DNA from: Candidatus Shapirobacteria bacterium
Lineage (GTDB): Bacteria; Patescibacteriota; Microgenomatia; UBA12405
Length of the DNA: 64,000 bases
Direction of reading: 5' to 3'
Assembly (NCBI GenBank): GCA_041665485.1
Contig: JBAYIT010000001.1
Location: 8,651 to 72,650, forward strand
The stretch's first letter is position 1. Each line of letters begins with the position of its first letter. The position numbers and the translations under genes were made by a program. The notes beneath the pieces were generated by a model. That model was not told where the DNA came from. It did not search any database and was given only the letters and a program-made list of their open reading frames with translations. Below, piece after piece: positions 38,492-48,419 of this stretch.

Positions 38492-39056
38492 AAATACTGT
38501 ATTCAAAATAACTGTCGTACGGGATTACCCAGGCGCAGGTTTCGTCGACGGTGGCGGATTCCATGATTTTTCGGAAAAGGCGGATAGAGTTGCCGTGGGC
38601 GGAGATGGCGACGTTAGTTCCTAGATTAGAGATCCTAGATTTTAGATCGTCGATGAAATTTTGGACACGGATTTCAACATCAGCAAAGGACTCACCACCC
38701 GGAGGTTTGTCGTTCCAACCACGATGCCACTTGTCGAATTGTTCTTGGCCATATTTGGCAATAGTGTCGGCATGAGTTTGGCCAGCAAGATCGCCGTAAG
38801 AGCGTTCAATAATCCGATCATCAATAATGATTTGCTGACATTCGGGATGATAAACCAAAACTTCCTTAAGGGTGTCTTGAGCGCGAGAAAGTCTTGAAGT
38901 AATGGCTAAATTTATTTTTTTGTCTTTGAGCATTAAACCTAAGGCTTTGGCTTGGTCAATACCGAGTGGAGTTAGCTTGGCGTCAAGCCAGCCGGTAAAG
39001 GTTTTGCTAAGATTAAATTCTGATTGGCCGTGGCGGAAAAGAAAGATGGTGGACAT
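38490..39056 (-). CDS. gpmA: 2,3-bisphosphoglycerate-dependent phosphoglycerate mutase
   Basis: RHGQSEFN, FTGWLD, ERSYGDL, PPGGES and AHGNSIR motifs. Confidence 0.88.
   Translation of the reverse strand: MSTIFLFRHGQSEFNLSKTFTGWLDAKLTPLGIDQAKALGLMLKDKKINLAITSRLSRAQDTLKEVLVYHPECQQIIIDDRIIERSYGDLAGQTHADTIAKYGQEQFDKWHRGWNDKPPGGESFADVEIRVQNFIDDLKSRISNLGTNVAISAHGNSIRLFRKIMESATVDETCAWVIPYDSYFEYSI
38613..38647 (+). repeat. In-frame heptamer array inside gpmA
   Basis: GTTAGTT CCTAGAT TAGAGAT CCTAGAT TTTAGAT; encodes DLKSRISNLGTN. Confidence 0.7.
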
Positions 39057-39087
39057 ACTCAAGTTTACCAAGTTATAAAGTTAAAAG

Positions 39088-39789
39088 TTACAAGTGGAGG
39101 TAGTGTTGACGCTGGGGTTCGGGGAGTTTTTCGATGGCGTAACGAAGAGCGGTGCGAGGCATAACGGGAGCGTGCTGATCAAGAAAAGTGGTTAGAGTTT
39201 TAAGGTCACGTTTGCCGACCTCGCGAAGCATCCAACCAACGGCTTTGTGGATAAGATCATGTTTATCTTTTAAAAGATTTTCGCTGATTTTGATCGTATC
39301 TTTAAGCTGATTTACGCGGATGAAGGCGAAGGTGGAAATAATGGCGATACGGCGATCCCAAACTAGTTTAGATTTGGCAAGTTTGTATAAAATATCTCTT
39401 GGTTTATCGAGCAAATAAACTCCAACTATCTTTCCGGCGGAGATATCAACTAAGTCCCAATTGTTAATGCGGGCAGTATTGGCAAGGTAAAAATCATAGA
39501 TCTGTTTTTGTTTTGGGGGGTCGGCCTTAGCAAACTGGCGAACCAAAAACATGATAGCTAAAGTGCGGAATTCGTGGACGGGGTGAATAAGAAGTTTTTT
39601 GATATCAATTAAATCTACTTTTTGCCAATATTTTTGCTCAATAGAGTGGGTTTGGGGGAGGGTTAGGCCGAAAAATTCGTCCCCTTCTCCGTATTGGCCC
39701 GGCCCGGTTTTAAAAAAACGTTTAAAGCGGTCGATTTTTTCAGGGTTCTTAAGGGCCTTTAAAGCGGATTCGATTTGGGAGAAAAACAT
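39088..39789 (-). CDS. DNA alkylation repair protein (AlkD-like)
   Basis: FFKTGPGQYGEGD, NNWDLVD, HKAVGWMLREVGK and RYAIEK motifs. Confidence 0.92.
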   Translation of the reverse strand: MFFSQIESALKALKNPEKIDRFKRFFKTGPGQYGEGDEFFGLTLPQTHSIEQKYWQKVDLIDIKKLLIHPVHEFRTLAIMFLVRQFAKADPPKQKQIYDFYLANTARINNWDLVDISAGKIVGVYLLDKPRDILYKLAKSKLVWDRRIAIISTFAFIRVNQLKDTIKISENLLKDKHDLIHKAVGWMLREVGKRDLKTLTTFLDQHAPVMPRTALRYAIEKLPEPQRQHYLHL

Positions 39790-39842
39790 GATTTATTATA
39801 AACGTTTCAGTTTCCTTTCAGTCAAGGGGCTATAATTGGCTT

Positions 39843-41042
39843 ATGAAAAAAGTGGCGATTTTGATGGTGGTAGCAGGAATGGTGGGTTTGGGAATTTGGA
39901 AACTGCGGGGAACTAAAACGGCGGCGGTGGAATATCAAACAGCAGTGGCGTCCAGGGGAACACTAATAGTATCGCTAACGGCTTCGGGGCAAGTGGCAGC
40001 AACTAACAGCCGGACAGTGACGACAACGGCTTCGGGAGTGGTGAAAAAAGTTTATGTAAAAGAAGGAGATAAGGTAACGACCGGGACGCCAATAATGCTA
40101 ATTGATCTAGATTTGGACGGAAAACAACAACTGGAATCGGCTTATGCTCAATTACAATCGGCCCAAAATAGTTTAATGACTGCTCAAACCAAAATTTATA
40201 CTCTAGAGAGTTCTTTGGTTAATGCTAAAAATATTTTTGACAATCAATGGTCAATGCAGTCGCCTGATGATCCGACCTATAAACAGAGGCATAATGATCT
40301 TTTAACGGCTCAAGCTAATTTTGATGCCCAACAAGCGGCAATACAACAGGCCCAAACATCCTTGAATTCGGCAAGACTATCATATCAACTATCAAGTGCA
40401 ACTGTGTATGCGCCAATTTCAGGAACAGTATCGGCAATTTCTTTGACAACTGGGATGGTGCTTAACCCAACCAGTAGTTCAAGCAGTAGTACTAATGTGT
40501 CGAATAAAATTGCCATCGTAAAAACTAATGCTACTCCGGCAATTTCGGTAGCGTTGACGGAAATTGATGTGCCAAAAGTAAAAGTGGGCGATCAGGCGAC
40601 AGTAACTCTTGATGCCCTGCCGGGAAAAACCTATACCGGAAAAGTAACAGCGGTGGATACGAGCGGAGCCATAAGTTCGGGAGTGGTGAGCTATACAACA
40701 ACGATTAGACTGGATTCGGATGTGCCGGAAATTTTGTCAAATATGTCAGCCACAGCCAACATTATTACCGACGTAAGAGATAATGTAATTTTGGTGCCGG
40801 TGGCGGCAGTGCAAACAAGCAATGGAGAAACAACGGTTCGGGAATTGGTAGGTGGGGCATTGACCAATGTGCCGGTGGAAGCGGGAAGGTCGAGCGCCAC
40901 TCAAACAGAAATTGTGTCGGGGGTGAAAGAGGGGGACACGGTGGTAACCGGAGTTAGTAGTAGTACTAGTACAACCACTACCACTGGAACGTCGGTGTTT
41001 GGCAATACCAGAGGCGGATTTGGGGGATTTGGAGGCCGGTAA
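39843..41042 (+). CDS. Efflux periplasmic adaptor subunit (MacA-like)
   Basis: GVVKKVYVKEGDKV and APISGTV lipoyl-like halves around a coiled coil; N-terminal anchor. Confidence 0.9.
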   Translation: MKKVAILMVVAGMVGLGIWKLRGTKTAAVEYQTAVASRGTLIVSLTASGQVAATNSRTVTTTASGVVKKVYVKEGDKVTTGTPIMLIDLDLDGKQQLESAYAQLQSAQNSLMTAQTKIYTLESSLVNAKNIFDNQWSMQSPDDPTYKQRHNDLLTAQANFDAQQAAIQQAQTSLNSARLSYQLSSATVYAPISGTVSAISLTTGMVLNPTSSSSSSTNVSNKIAIVKTNATPAISVALTEIDVPKVKVGDQATVTLDALPGKTYTGKVTAVDTSGAISSGVVSYTTTIRLDSDVPEILSNMSATANIITDVRDNVILVPVAAVQTSNGETTVRELVGGALTNVPVEAGRSSATQTEIVSGVKEGDTVVTGVSSSTSTTTTTGTSVFGNTRGGFGGFGGR

Positions 41043-41048
41043 TTTAAT

Positions 41049-41765
41049 ATGAAAGCAATTATTGAGGCAAGCCATTTAATGAAAGTTTATAAAACCGGCG
41101 GGATAGAAACGCTGGCGGTGAACGATGTGTCGTTTGAAATTAAAGAGGGTGAATTTGTAGCAATTATGGGGCCGTCGGGAAGCGGAAAGTCGACTTTAAT
41201 GCATATTTTGGGAGCCCTGGACAAGCCAACTTCGGGAAAATATATACTTGATGGAGAAAATGTGGAAAATTTGGACGATGATGAGTTGTCAGATATTCGC
41301 AATCGAAAAATTGGTTTTGTGTTTCAGGCATTTAATTTACTACCAAGAATTACGACTTTGAAAAATGTGATGTTACCAATGGCATATGCTGATGTGCCCT
41401 TGGAAGAAAGGGAGGAAATTGCAACTAGGTTTCTAAAGATGGTGGGGCTTTCCGACCGAATGCACCACACTAGTAACCAAATTTCGGGAGGACAACAACA
41501 AAGAGTGGCGATTGCCAGATCATTGGTAATGAATCCGGCCTTGATTTTGGCCGATGAGCCAACAGGAAATATTGCCTCGGCCCAGGCGGAAGAAATAATG
41601 GAAATATTTCAGAAACTAAATGATGATGGGCACACAATTGTGATGATTACTCATGAGCCAGATATCGCCGAACATGCCAAAAGGATTATTCATATTAAAG
41701 ATGGAAGAATTGACAGCGATAAAAACATTCATCAGAAAAGATTAGTTCAATTAAAAAGGCCATGA
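41049..41765 (+). CDS. ABC transporter ATP-binding protein (MacB/LolD-type)
   Basis: [24 protein letters not shown] and ITH motifs. Confidence 0.96.
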   Translation: MKAIIEASHLMKVYKTGGIETLAVNDVSFEIKEGEFVAIMGPSGSGKSTLMHILGALDKPTSGKYILDGENVENLDDDELSDIRNRKIGFVFQAFNLLPRITTLKNVMLPMAYADVPLEEREEIATRFLKMVGLSDRMHHTSNQISGGQQQRVAIARSLVMNPALILADEPTGNIASAQAEEIMEIFQKLNDDGHTIVMITHEPDIAEHAKRIIHIKDGRIDSDKNIHQKRLVQLKRP

Positions 41766-42985
41766 AAATAACAGAATTATTTTGGGAAAGCTTAGGAACA
41801 CTGACTTTAAATAAGACCCGGACTGGCCTGGCAATTCTGGGAATAGTGATTGGTATTGGAAGTGTGATTGCCCTAATCTCTTTGGGCCAGGCAACGCAAT
41901 TATCAATTCAGTCGCAAATAGAATCATTGGGGGCTAATTTATTAACCATCAATCCAGGGTCTCAACGAAGCGGGGCAGTGCGAGGAGCGCCGGGCGGAAG
42001 CACAACGCTAACCAACGCTGACGCAACGGCGATTGCGACTTCGACCCAAATTACGACTATCAATAGTGTGTCGGCGGAATATTCGGGTAGAGCTCAAGTG
42101 ATTGCGGGTGGCAATAATGCTAATTCGCAAATCACCGGAGTCCAACCAACCTATTTGTCAATTCATAAATTAGCTATGGATTCGGGAGTTTTTATATCAG
42201 AAACCGATGAGGCAAACATGAACAAAGTGGCGGTGTTGGGACCAGGAATAGTAGCCGATTTATTTACCGATGGAAGCTCCCCAATTGGTCAGACTATAAG
42301 GATTAAGGGGCAGATATTTACAATTATTGGAATAACAGTGTCGAAGGGTGGAAATGGATTTAATAATCAGGACAGTGCCATTTATGTGCCATTATCAACG
42401 GCACAAAAGCAGATATTTGGAGTGAGTTATTTAACTTCGATTGCCATGGAGGCAAAAAGCTCTGAAGTGATGACGGCGGCCCAAGACGAGGTGGGTTACT
42501 TTTTACTAGCACGGCACAAAATCACTGATCCAACCAAAGCAGATTTTTCCATATTTTCCCAACAAGACATATTAACCACAGCGACGTCGACGACAGGAAC
42601 ATTTACTACACTTTTGTCGGGAGTGGCGGCAATATCGCTTTTGGTGGGAGGAATTGGAATTATGAATATAATGCTGGTAACAGTGACGGAAAGAACGAGG
42701 GAAATTGGACTAAGAAAAGCATTGGGGGCGAAAAAGAAAACAATTACAACGCAGTTTTTAACGGAGTCGATTATTCTGACATTTACCGGAGGAATAGTGG
42801 GAGTAATGGTGGGAGTTTTGGCGTCGTTTATAATTTCTAAAGTGTCGAGTTCGTTGTTTGTGATATCACCATATTCAATATTGTTGGCGTTTGTAGTGTC
42901 GGCCGGGATTGGGATTTTATTTGGTTGGTATCCGGCTAAAAGAGCATCGAATTTACAGCCAATTGAGGCGTTGAGGTATGAGTAG
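41762..42985 (+). CDS. ABC transporter permease (MacB/FtsX-type)
   Basis: LGIVIGI, GGIGIMNIMLVTVTERTREIGLRKALGA and PIEALRYE motifs. Confidence 0.95.
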   Translation: MKITELFWESLGTLTLNKTRTGLAILGIVIGIGSVIALISLGQATQLSIQSQIESLGANLLTINPGSQRSGAVRGAPGGSTTLTNADATAIATSTQITTINSVSAEYSGRAQVIAGGNNANSQITGVQPTYLSIHKLAMDSGVFISETDEANMNKVAVLGPGIVADLFTDGSSPIGQTIRIKGQIFTIIGITVSKGGNGFNNQDSAIYVPLSTAQKQIFGVSYLTSIAMEAKSSEVMTAAQDEVGYFLLARHKITDPTKADFSIFSQQDILTTATSTTGTFTTLLSGVAAISLLVGGIGIMNIMLVTVTERTREIGLRKALGAKKKTITTQFLTESIILTFTGGIVGVMVGVLASFIISKVSSSLFVISPYSILLAFVVSAGIGILFGWYPAKRASNLQPIEALRYE

Positions 42986-42990
42986 ATTGA

Positions 42991-43056
42991 GAATCTACGA
43001 ATATACGAATTAACGAATATAGAATAAGAATTTAAAATTTAAAAATTTAAAAAAAT
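42991..43056 (+). repeat. Intergenic 8-bp tandem array
   Basis: GAATCTAC GAATATAC GAATTAAC GAATATA, followed by AATTTAAA-like units. Confidence 0.7.
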
Positions 43057-43518
43057 ATGAAACAAAATAATTTGATCATGATGGTGGTGTTGGTGTTAGT
43101 GGTTGGGGGCGGGGCATTTTTTGGCGGAATGACCTATAGCCAATCAAAGGCGACGGCGACTAGACGGCAATTTGCCGGGGGAATGGCGGGTCAAGCCGGG
43201 CAATTTGGAGGGAATCGGGCAGGCGGAGCCGGCGTCCGAGGAGGACAGGTAATGGGTGATATAGTGAGTGTGAGCGACACGTCAATGACAGTGAAATTGG
43301 CTGATGGTAGCTCTAAAATTGTGATTTTATCGGAAACAGGCAGTATTGTTAAATCGTCACCAGCAACGAAAACCGATCTGGTAGTCGGAGAAAAAGTGGC
43401 GGTGTTTGGAGCAACTAATAGCGACGGGTCGGTGACGGCGCAAAATATTCAGCTAAACCCAATTATGAGAGGGCCGGCTGATGCAACCAGGTCCCCCGCT
43501 CCAACTCAGGGGCAATAA
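43057..43518 (+). CDS. Membrane-anchored protein (DUF5666-like)
   Basis: TM, Gly-rich linker, DLVVGEKVAVFG...DGSVTA beta-barrel pattern. Confidence 0.7.
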   Translation: MKQNNLIMMVVLVLVVGGGAFFGGMTYSQSKATATRRQFAGGMAGQAGQFGGNRAGGAGVRGGQVMGDIVSVSDTSMTVKLADGSSKIVILSETGSIVKSSPATKTDLVVGEKVAVFGATNSDGSVTAQNIQLNPIMRGPADATRSPAPTQGQ

Positions 43519-43519
43519 A

Positions 43520-44203
43520 TTATCGAACAACGTCGGTAAAAATTTCTTCTAGATTATTTTTTCCGAAGAATTTGCAGATATTGCCAATATCCCTTAACAA
43601 AAATTCATTGGCATTGGGGTTGTGGCGAACATCGATGGCTTGAGGAAAATCGATGATGTAGGGCGAATCTTGCCACCAGAGGATATTGAATTCGGACAGG
43701 TCGCCATGGACAATGCCGCATGTGTAAAATGTTTTGATAGAGTCAATGATTTGGTCAAAAACCTGGTTTAGCTGGTTTTGATCTAAATCAACGTCTTTAA
43801 GGAGTGGAGCGGGAAGATTAATATCGCCTAAATACTCCATTAAAATTGAGTCAGTGTTGTAGTCAAAAACTCCCGGAACATTGGCACCTAATTCATAAAA
43901 TTTCTTCAACAGATAAAACTCGCGTTTGGTCCACAATCTTCTGATTAAATCCTTGCCAAATTTATTACCTTTGGCGACTGACTTTTTTTGACTTGGATTT
44001 CTAAAATATTTACCGGCCAAATAGAGACTATTGCCTTGGGTGGTGCTCAATGACCGATTTTTGTATGTTTTAAGGCAATAAAGCTGGTTTTTGATGTCAA
44101 CGAGCAGACAATCGGCCTCTTTGCCAGATTTGATATTTTTAACCAAACGAATACTGGGGTATTTTTTAGACCAAATTTCAACTGATTGAGAACGAGTGGA
44201 CAT
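43520..44203 (-). CDS. RIO1 family kinase
   Basis: IKSGKEA, VHGDLSEFNIL and IIDFPQA motifs. Confidence 0.92.
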   Translation of the reverse strand: MSTRSQSVEIWSKKYPSIRLVKNIKSGKEADCLLVDIKNQLYCLKTYKNRSLSTTQGNSLYLAGKYFRNPSQKKSVAKGNKFGKDLIRRLWTKREFYLLKKFYELGANVPGVFDYNTDSILMEYLGDINLPAPLLKDVDLDQNQLNQVFDQIIDSIKTFYTCGIVHGDLSEFNILWWQDSPYIIDFPQAIDVRHNPNANEFLLRDIGNICKFFGKNNLEEIFTDVVR

Positions 44204-44276
44204 TGGATTAATTATAGAGGTAAGGCACAAGGTTTACCGAAATTAGACCATTTATTTGATATACTTCGAACATCAA

Positions 44277-44364
44277 GGAAGGGTGCGCCGAATGGTAAGG
44301 CACAGGTTTGCTAAACCTGCGTCCCGCAAGGGGCATGAGGGTTCGACTCCCTCCCCTTCCGCCA
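44277..44364 (+). tRNA. tRNA-Ser(GCT)
   Basis: Acceptor GGAAGGG/CCCTTCC + GCCA; anticodon arm CAGGT-TTGCTAA-ACCTG; long variable arm; GAGGG-TTCGACT-CCCTC. Confidence 0.96.
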
Positions 44365-44500
44365 AAGGGTCAAAGTTCTATGCGACCCACTTGGTAGTCA
44401 AGTATTGCCCCAACCTGTTGCCATATATTCGTCAAATACAACATTTTTCGATTTAACGGCCTGTAATAGGTAGTTTTGTTGTTTGTTGATATAATCCATT

Positions 44501-45001
44501 ATGTCCTATTTAATTGATATTTTAAAGATAATTTTCTCTTGGCCGTTTGTTGTTACTGTGATATTTCTTGTTTTAAAAAAAGACATCTCAAATATTTTGG
44601 GTAAGTCTAATTTAAGCGAAATTTCAATCAAAGATATGATTCGGATTATTTTTAGCGGTCAGTATCAAGCAAAAAAAGAGCCAGAAAAGAAAGATGAGTT
44701 GATGGAAAAGTTGTACGAAAAGATGACAAGAGCCCAATTAAGATTTTTATTTTTATTAAGAGAGTCTTCGTTTAAAGGTCGTGGTCTGGATTGTGGTTAC
44801 GTCAGCAACTACTTCCAACAAATAATTAAGTCCAAAACAGATCGATATGACGGATGGATAACCCCGTTTATTACCCAGTATCTACAAGAGAATCAATTAT
44901 TGTCAGTTTCTGATAACTATTACAAACTTGAAAAGTTAGGTGATGTATTTTTGAAATATATTGAAGATAAGGGATATTCTACTCAAGATAAACCTCTTTA
45001 A
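44501..45001 (+). CDS. Hypothetical protein with N-terminal TM and possible C-terminal winged helix
   Basis: IFSWPFVV TM; YLQENQLL...YKLEKLG wHTH-like end. Confidence 0.6.
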   Translation: MSYLIDILKIIFSWPFVVTVIFLVLKKDISNILGKSNLSEISIKDMIRIIFSGQYQAKKEPEKKDELMEKLYEKMTRAQLRFLFLLRESSFKGRGLDCGYVSNYFQQIIKSKTDRYDGWITPFITQYLQENQLLSVSDNYYKLEKLGDVFLKYIEDKGYSTQDKPL

Positions 45002-46320
45002 CCGATTGCCAGTTGTTTGTTGTGGAGGATAAATTTAGTTTTTATTGCCGACATTATTTGAATTCTATCTTCGGCAGATCCGGCTTTTAAGACATGGAGT
45101 AAATACTCTTTGGCGGTATCCCGATCTAGCGGTATTTTTTGAGGGTAGTCGAATTGGTTAAGATTTCCAGCTAGAAATTCCTGATGGAGTACTTCGCCTC
45201 GAAGTGAATGGAATCTCTCGATTTCCTCTTTTAACTGATTGGTTAGTGCTTTTTCATCAAGTTTGATTTCATCTATGTGGCTAACTAATTGGTTTATTAA
45301 TTCTTCTTCGCTGATGTATGGCTCGTCGCAGTCGTAATCAACGTGGCGACCGCAGTGGTAGTAAACATATTTTTTGAATGATCCGTATTTGTATCGCTTG
45401 TATTTTTCTTCCGCCGTTATCCATTCTCCACAACTGCCACATTTACATAATCCACGGAACGGGAAGAGCTTTTTATTCCATTCTTTTGGTGGGACATAAA
45501 GTTGTTTTTGGGCCTTATCAAATATTGCTTTAGTAATTAATGGTTCGTGATTTCCTTTGTAGATAATTCCTCCAAATTCAAATTCACCGTAGTAATAAGT
45601 ATTTTTTAACGTTTTGTATACCTTGCTTAGGGCCAGCGGTTTTCCGCTTCTGGTCGTAAATCCAATTTTATCGAGCCACATTTTTATCGTTCTACCGCTT
45701 TGGCCTTTATTTGCCACCCGGTCAAATATTTGTTTAATTATCGGAGCTCGTTCTTTGTCGACCTCAACGTAACTGATTCGGTTATAGCTCATGACGTTGA
45801 GGTACCCAAGCGGGGCAATATTTGGCCTCCATCCGGCCTCACACTTAGCTTTCATGCCTCTTTTGACATTAATACCCCGATTATCGTTTTCCAGCTTGGC
45901 TTGAGAGCAGAGAATCATTAGCAAGAATTTTTCATTTGGGTTGTCGGAGAATGATTGAGAGAAGGTTCTTATTGTTTGAAGTTTTCCCTGATCCATGAGG
46001 TCAACTAGTGTTCCCAAGTCTCCGGCATTCCTGCTTAATCTGTCCGGTGCCCAGGTTAATATGGCATCAAATTCTCCGGCTCTGATATCGATCAGTAGTT
46101 GATTGAATACTGGCCTCAATCCTGATGATTTAGCAGAATGGCTTTCTTGTCGAATTTCTTTTATGAATAAATTTTCTCTTTCGGCCAGCGTCTTCATCTC
46201 ATTGATTTGAGACTCGATCGACATGGCTTGTCTCTCATCCGATTCTGATGACTTTCTGGCGTAAAGGCAATATCTTGTTTGTTTTATTTCCTGTGTCTTT
46301 CCATCTTCTTTGATCTTCAT
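44998..46320 (-). CDS. Large serine recombinase (resolvase + recombinase + zinc ribbon)
   Basis: YARKS catalytic Ser, DRLSR, APLGY, HEPLI, CKCGSCG...YYHC. Confidence 0.95.
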   Translation of the reverse strand: MKIKEDGKTQEIKQTRYCLYARKSSESDERQAMSIESQINEMKTLAERENLFIKEIRQESHSAKSSGLRPVFNQLLIDIRAGEFDAILTWAPDRLSRNAGDLGTLVDLMDQGKLQTIRTFSQSFSDNPNEKFLLMILCSQAKLENDNRGINVKRGMKAKCEAGWRPNIAPLGYLNVMSYNRISYVEVDKERAPIIKQIFDRVANKGQSGRTIKMWLDKIGFTTRSGKPLALSKVYKTLKNTYYYGEFEFGGIIYKGNHEPLITKAIFDKAQKQLYVPPKEWNKKLFPFRGLCKCGSCGEWITAEEKYKRYKYGSFKKYVYYHCGRHVDYDCDEPYISEEELINQLVSHIDEIKLDEKALTNQLKEEIERFHSLRGEVLHQEFLAGNLNQFDYPQKIPLDRDTAKEYLLHVLKAGSAEDRIQIMSAIKTKFILHNKQLAIG

Positions 46321-46381
46321 GACACAACTGTACCGCAGGTTTTGTGGAAGTCTAGGAGATGAATTAGTGCTAAAATAGGGC

Positions 46382-47062
46382 ATGAAAGCTTTTGCTTTGT
46401 CCGTACTACTGGCTATTTCAAGTTTCTTCGGTATAAAAAATAAATCGCAGGTAGTTTTGGTCGAACCGATACCCACAGTTATTCAAAATCAAACCATAGT
46501 TCCGACAGAGGTAGTTGAGATACCCACACAAATAGTTACGCCAACAATTCGTGTAATACCTACCACTATTGCGCCAAAATCATCTATTAATGAGGATATT
46601 CTTAAAAAGTTTTTTGGGGTTTCGGATATTGACTCTGTGAATCAGGTTCTAAATAATAAGTCTCAATTACAAAAATATGAGCAGGAATTTTATCAAAAGT
46701 TTTTAACTTCTCCGATTCCAAGAGTTACAATTTCAAGCAATACTCAACTTATTGCTATGCCGGGAATGAATGGAATGGTTATCTGCACTGGAAGTCAATT
46801 AAAAAAGCTTTATGAAGAAATCGGCCCTATCGAAAGTCAAATATATTTTGAAAAAATGGATTATGACTGTCATCATAACCCCAAAGTGCAAGAAACCAAG
46901 GAATGCCAAGACTGGAGAAAAATAAACGACGCTAACAGGGTCCAGCCCACCAAAGGATCAATTGATGACGAAATTTCAGCCCTACAAAAAAAGATAAACG
47001 AATATGCCAATAAAAAGAATGTTTATGATGATCTTTTAGTTAAATACTGCCCAAAGAAATGA
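46382..47062 (+). CDS. Exported hypothetical protein with PT-rich linker
   Basis: Signal-like N-terminus; four Cys. Confidence 0.7.
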   Translation: MKAFALSVLLAISSFFGIKNKSQVVLVEPIPTVIQNQTIVPTEVVEIPTQIVTPTIRVIPTTIAPKSSINEDILKKFFGVSDIDSVNQVLNNKSQLQKYEQEFYQKFLTSPIPRVTISSNTQLIAMPGMNGMVICTGSQLKKLYEEIGPIESQIYFEKMDYDCHHNPKVQETKECQDWRKINDANRVQPTKGSIDDEISALQKKINEYANKKNVYDDLLVKYCPKK

Positions 47063-47562
47063 CAAAAACTAAGATAACAATTCTACTCATATCAATACTT
47101 CTAGTTGTTGGAGCAACATCCTTTATTTACCTCAATATTAATAAAATCCCTGCCGAAGATTTCAAAGCACCGGGTAAAAGTTGGCAGTCCCCTAAAAAAG
47201 TTGAGGATTATTTTATTGATAAGTTAAGATTTACTCAAAGTGATTTGGAAAGACAAAAACAAAGCGAGACGGTAGATTTTCGGCCCGGCAAAGGCTCTAC
47301 ACTTGACGCAATCATTAGTAATCTCAACTATTATGGATTCATCCGAAGTGAAAAAGCATTAATGTATGCTTTGGAGAATACGAAAGATATTACTCAAGGA
47401 AATCCGGGATTATTGTCGGTTGGTAAAAATGGGTCGATTGATATTGTTGCCAGTTACCGGATTTCGGAAAATATGACGGCTTGGGAAATAGCGGACACTC
47501 TACTTAATAAATCACACTATTTTGGTCCGAATGATGAGTATAACTATATGTTTATGCCTTAA
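47059..47562 (+). CDS. Membrane-anchored protein resembling the MltG/YceG N-terminal domain
   Basis: GSTLDAIISNL..YGFIRS...YRISENMTAWEIADTL pattern; no catalytic domain. Confidence 0.55.
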   Translation: MTKTKITILLISILLVVGATSFIYLNINKIPAEDFKAPGKSWQSPKKVEDYFIDKLRFTQSDLERQKQSETVDFRPGKGSTLDAIISNLNYYGFIRSEKALMYALENTKDITQGNPGLLSVGKNGSIDIVASYRISENMTAWEIADTLLNKSHYFGPNDEYNYMFMP

Positions 47563-47574
47563 AACTAATTAATA

Positions 47575-48294
47575 TTAGCGTGCTTCTTTTATATAAATAT
47601 CCATAAGTTTAGCTGCCCAATCGGAATAGGTTTGATATTGGCCTTCCGTTCCTTTAGAGGTATACATGTGCTTTACCATTTCAGATACTCCTTCATTTGA
47701 AATCTGGGCACATTCTGTCGTAGATAATGTCGGACACTCAGCCTTTAATTTGGCAACATACTTGTTGTAAATCGTCTGGTAACCACTGGTACCATTTGTA
47801 GTAGGACTATTTGTTTTTGACGTTACGGAATTTGTCTTAGTTGGTGCTACTGTTGGGCTAATTACTGAAATCGGCCAGTTGTCTTTCACACCTTCAATTC
47901 CAATTTTTGACCATTCGTCTTTAGACACATTGTATTCATTTAAAATTTCCTGTCGATATTTTTCTTCAAGCTCTTGGACCAATTCTGCATTTGGCTCAAC
48001 ATTTTTTTTGGCTTGTTCAGCATCTATGTGATTTAAGCTGGTAGGATATTTTTCTTCAGCTTCCTTCATTGCTCTGTCTTCTGCTTGGGCAATTTTAGTG
48101 AATATTTCCTGTTTTTCTTCTAAGCTTCTACTGCTTGTTTCAAGTGTCTTTGTGGCAGTATTCACACCATCTTGGAAGCCTTTTTGAGTATCTCTATTTT
48201 TAGCACCAATAATCATCATTAGAATGATAAAGAGAATTATCCCAGAAACTATTTTGTGGCTTAAAAACCAGTTTCGTTGCTTATCTTTTTCCAT
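47575..48294 (-). CDS. Membrane-anchored hypothetical protein
   Basis: Single N-terminal TM and S/T-rich linker. Confidence 0.7.
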   Translation of the reverse strand: MEKDKQRNWFLSHKIVSGIILFIILMMIIGAKNRDTQKGFQDGVNTATKTLETSSRSLEEKQEIFTKIAQAEDRAMKEAEEKYPTSLNHIDAEQAKKNVEPNAELVQELEEKYRQEILNEYNVSKDEWSKIGIEGVKDNWPISVISPTVAPTKTNSVTSKTNSPTTNGTSGYQTIYNKYVAKLKAECPTLSTTECAQISNEGVSEMVKHMYTSKGTEGQYQTYSDWAAKLMDIYIKEAR

Positions 48295-48322
48295 ATATTT
48301 ATTAATTATTAATTCAACCCAA

Positions 48323-48387
48323 TGCTAACTGCAACTTAGCACAAAGTCAAGGCTATGTCATGCCTATTTGCTAAGTAGAGCTTAGTG
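48323..48387. promoter_or_regulatory. Paired palindromic operators between divergent genes
   Basis: TGCTAA-N7-TTAGCA (48323-48341) and TGCTAA-N7-TTAGTG (48369-48387). Confidence 0.65.
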
Positions 48388-48419
48388 GAGTACAAAGGTT
48401 TTTATTTCCATACTTCGGT

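Noticed and set aside
44256-44456. 66-aa ORF
   Set aside because: It spans the tRNA-Ser gene and is almost certainly spurious.
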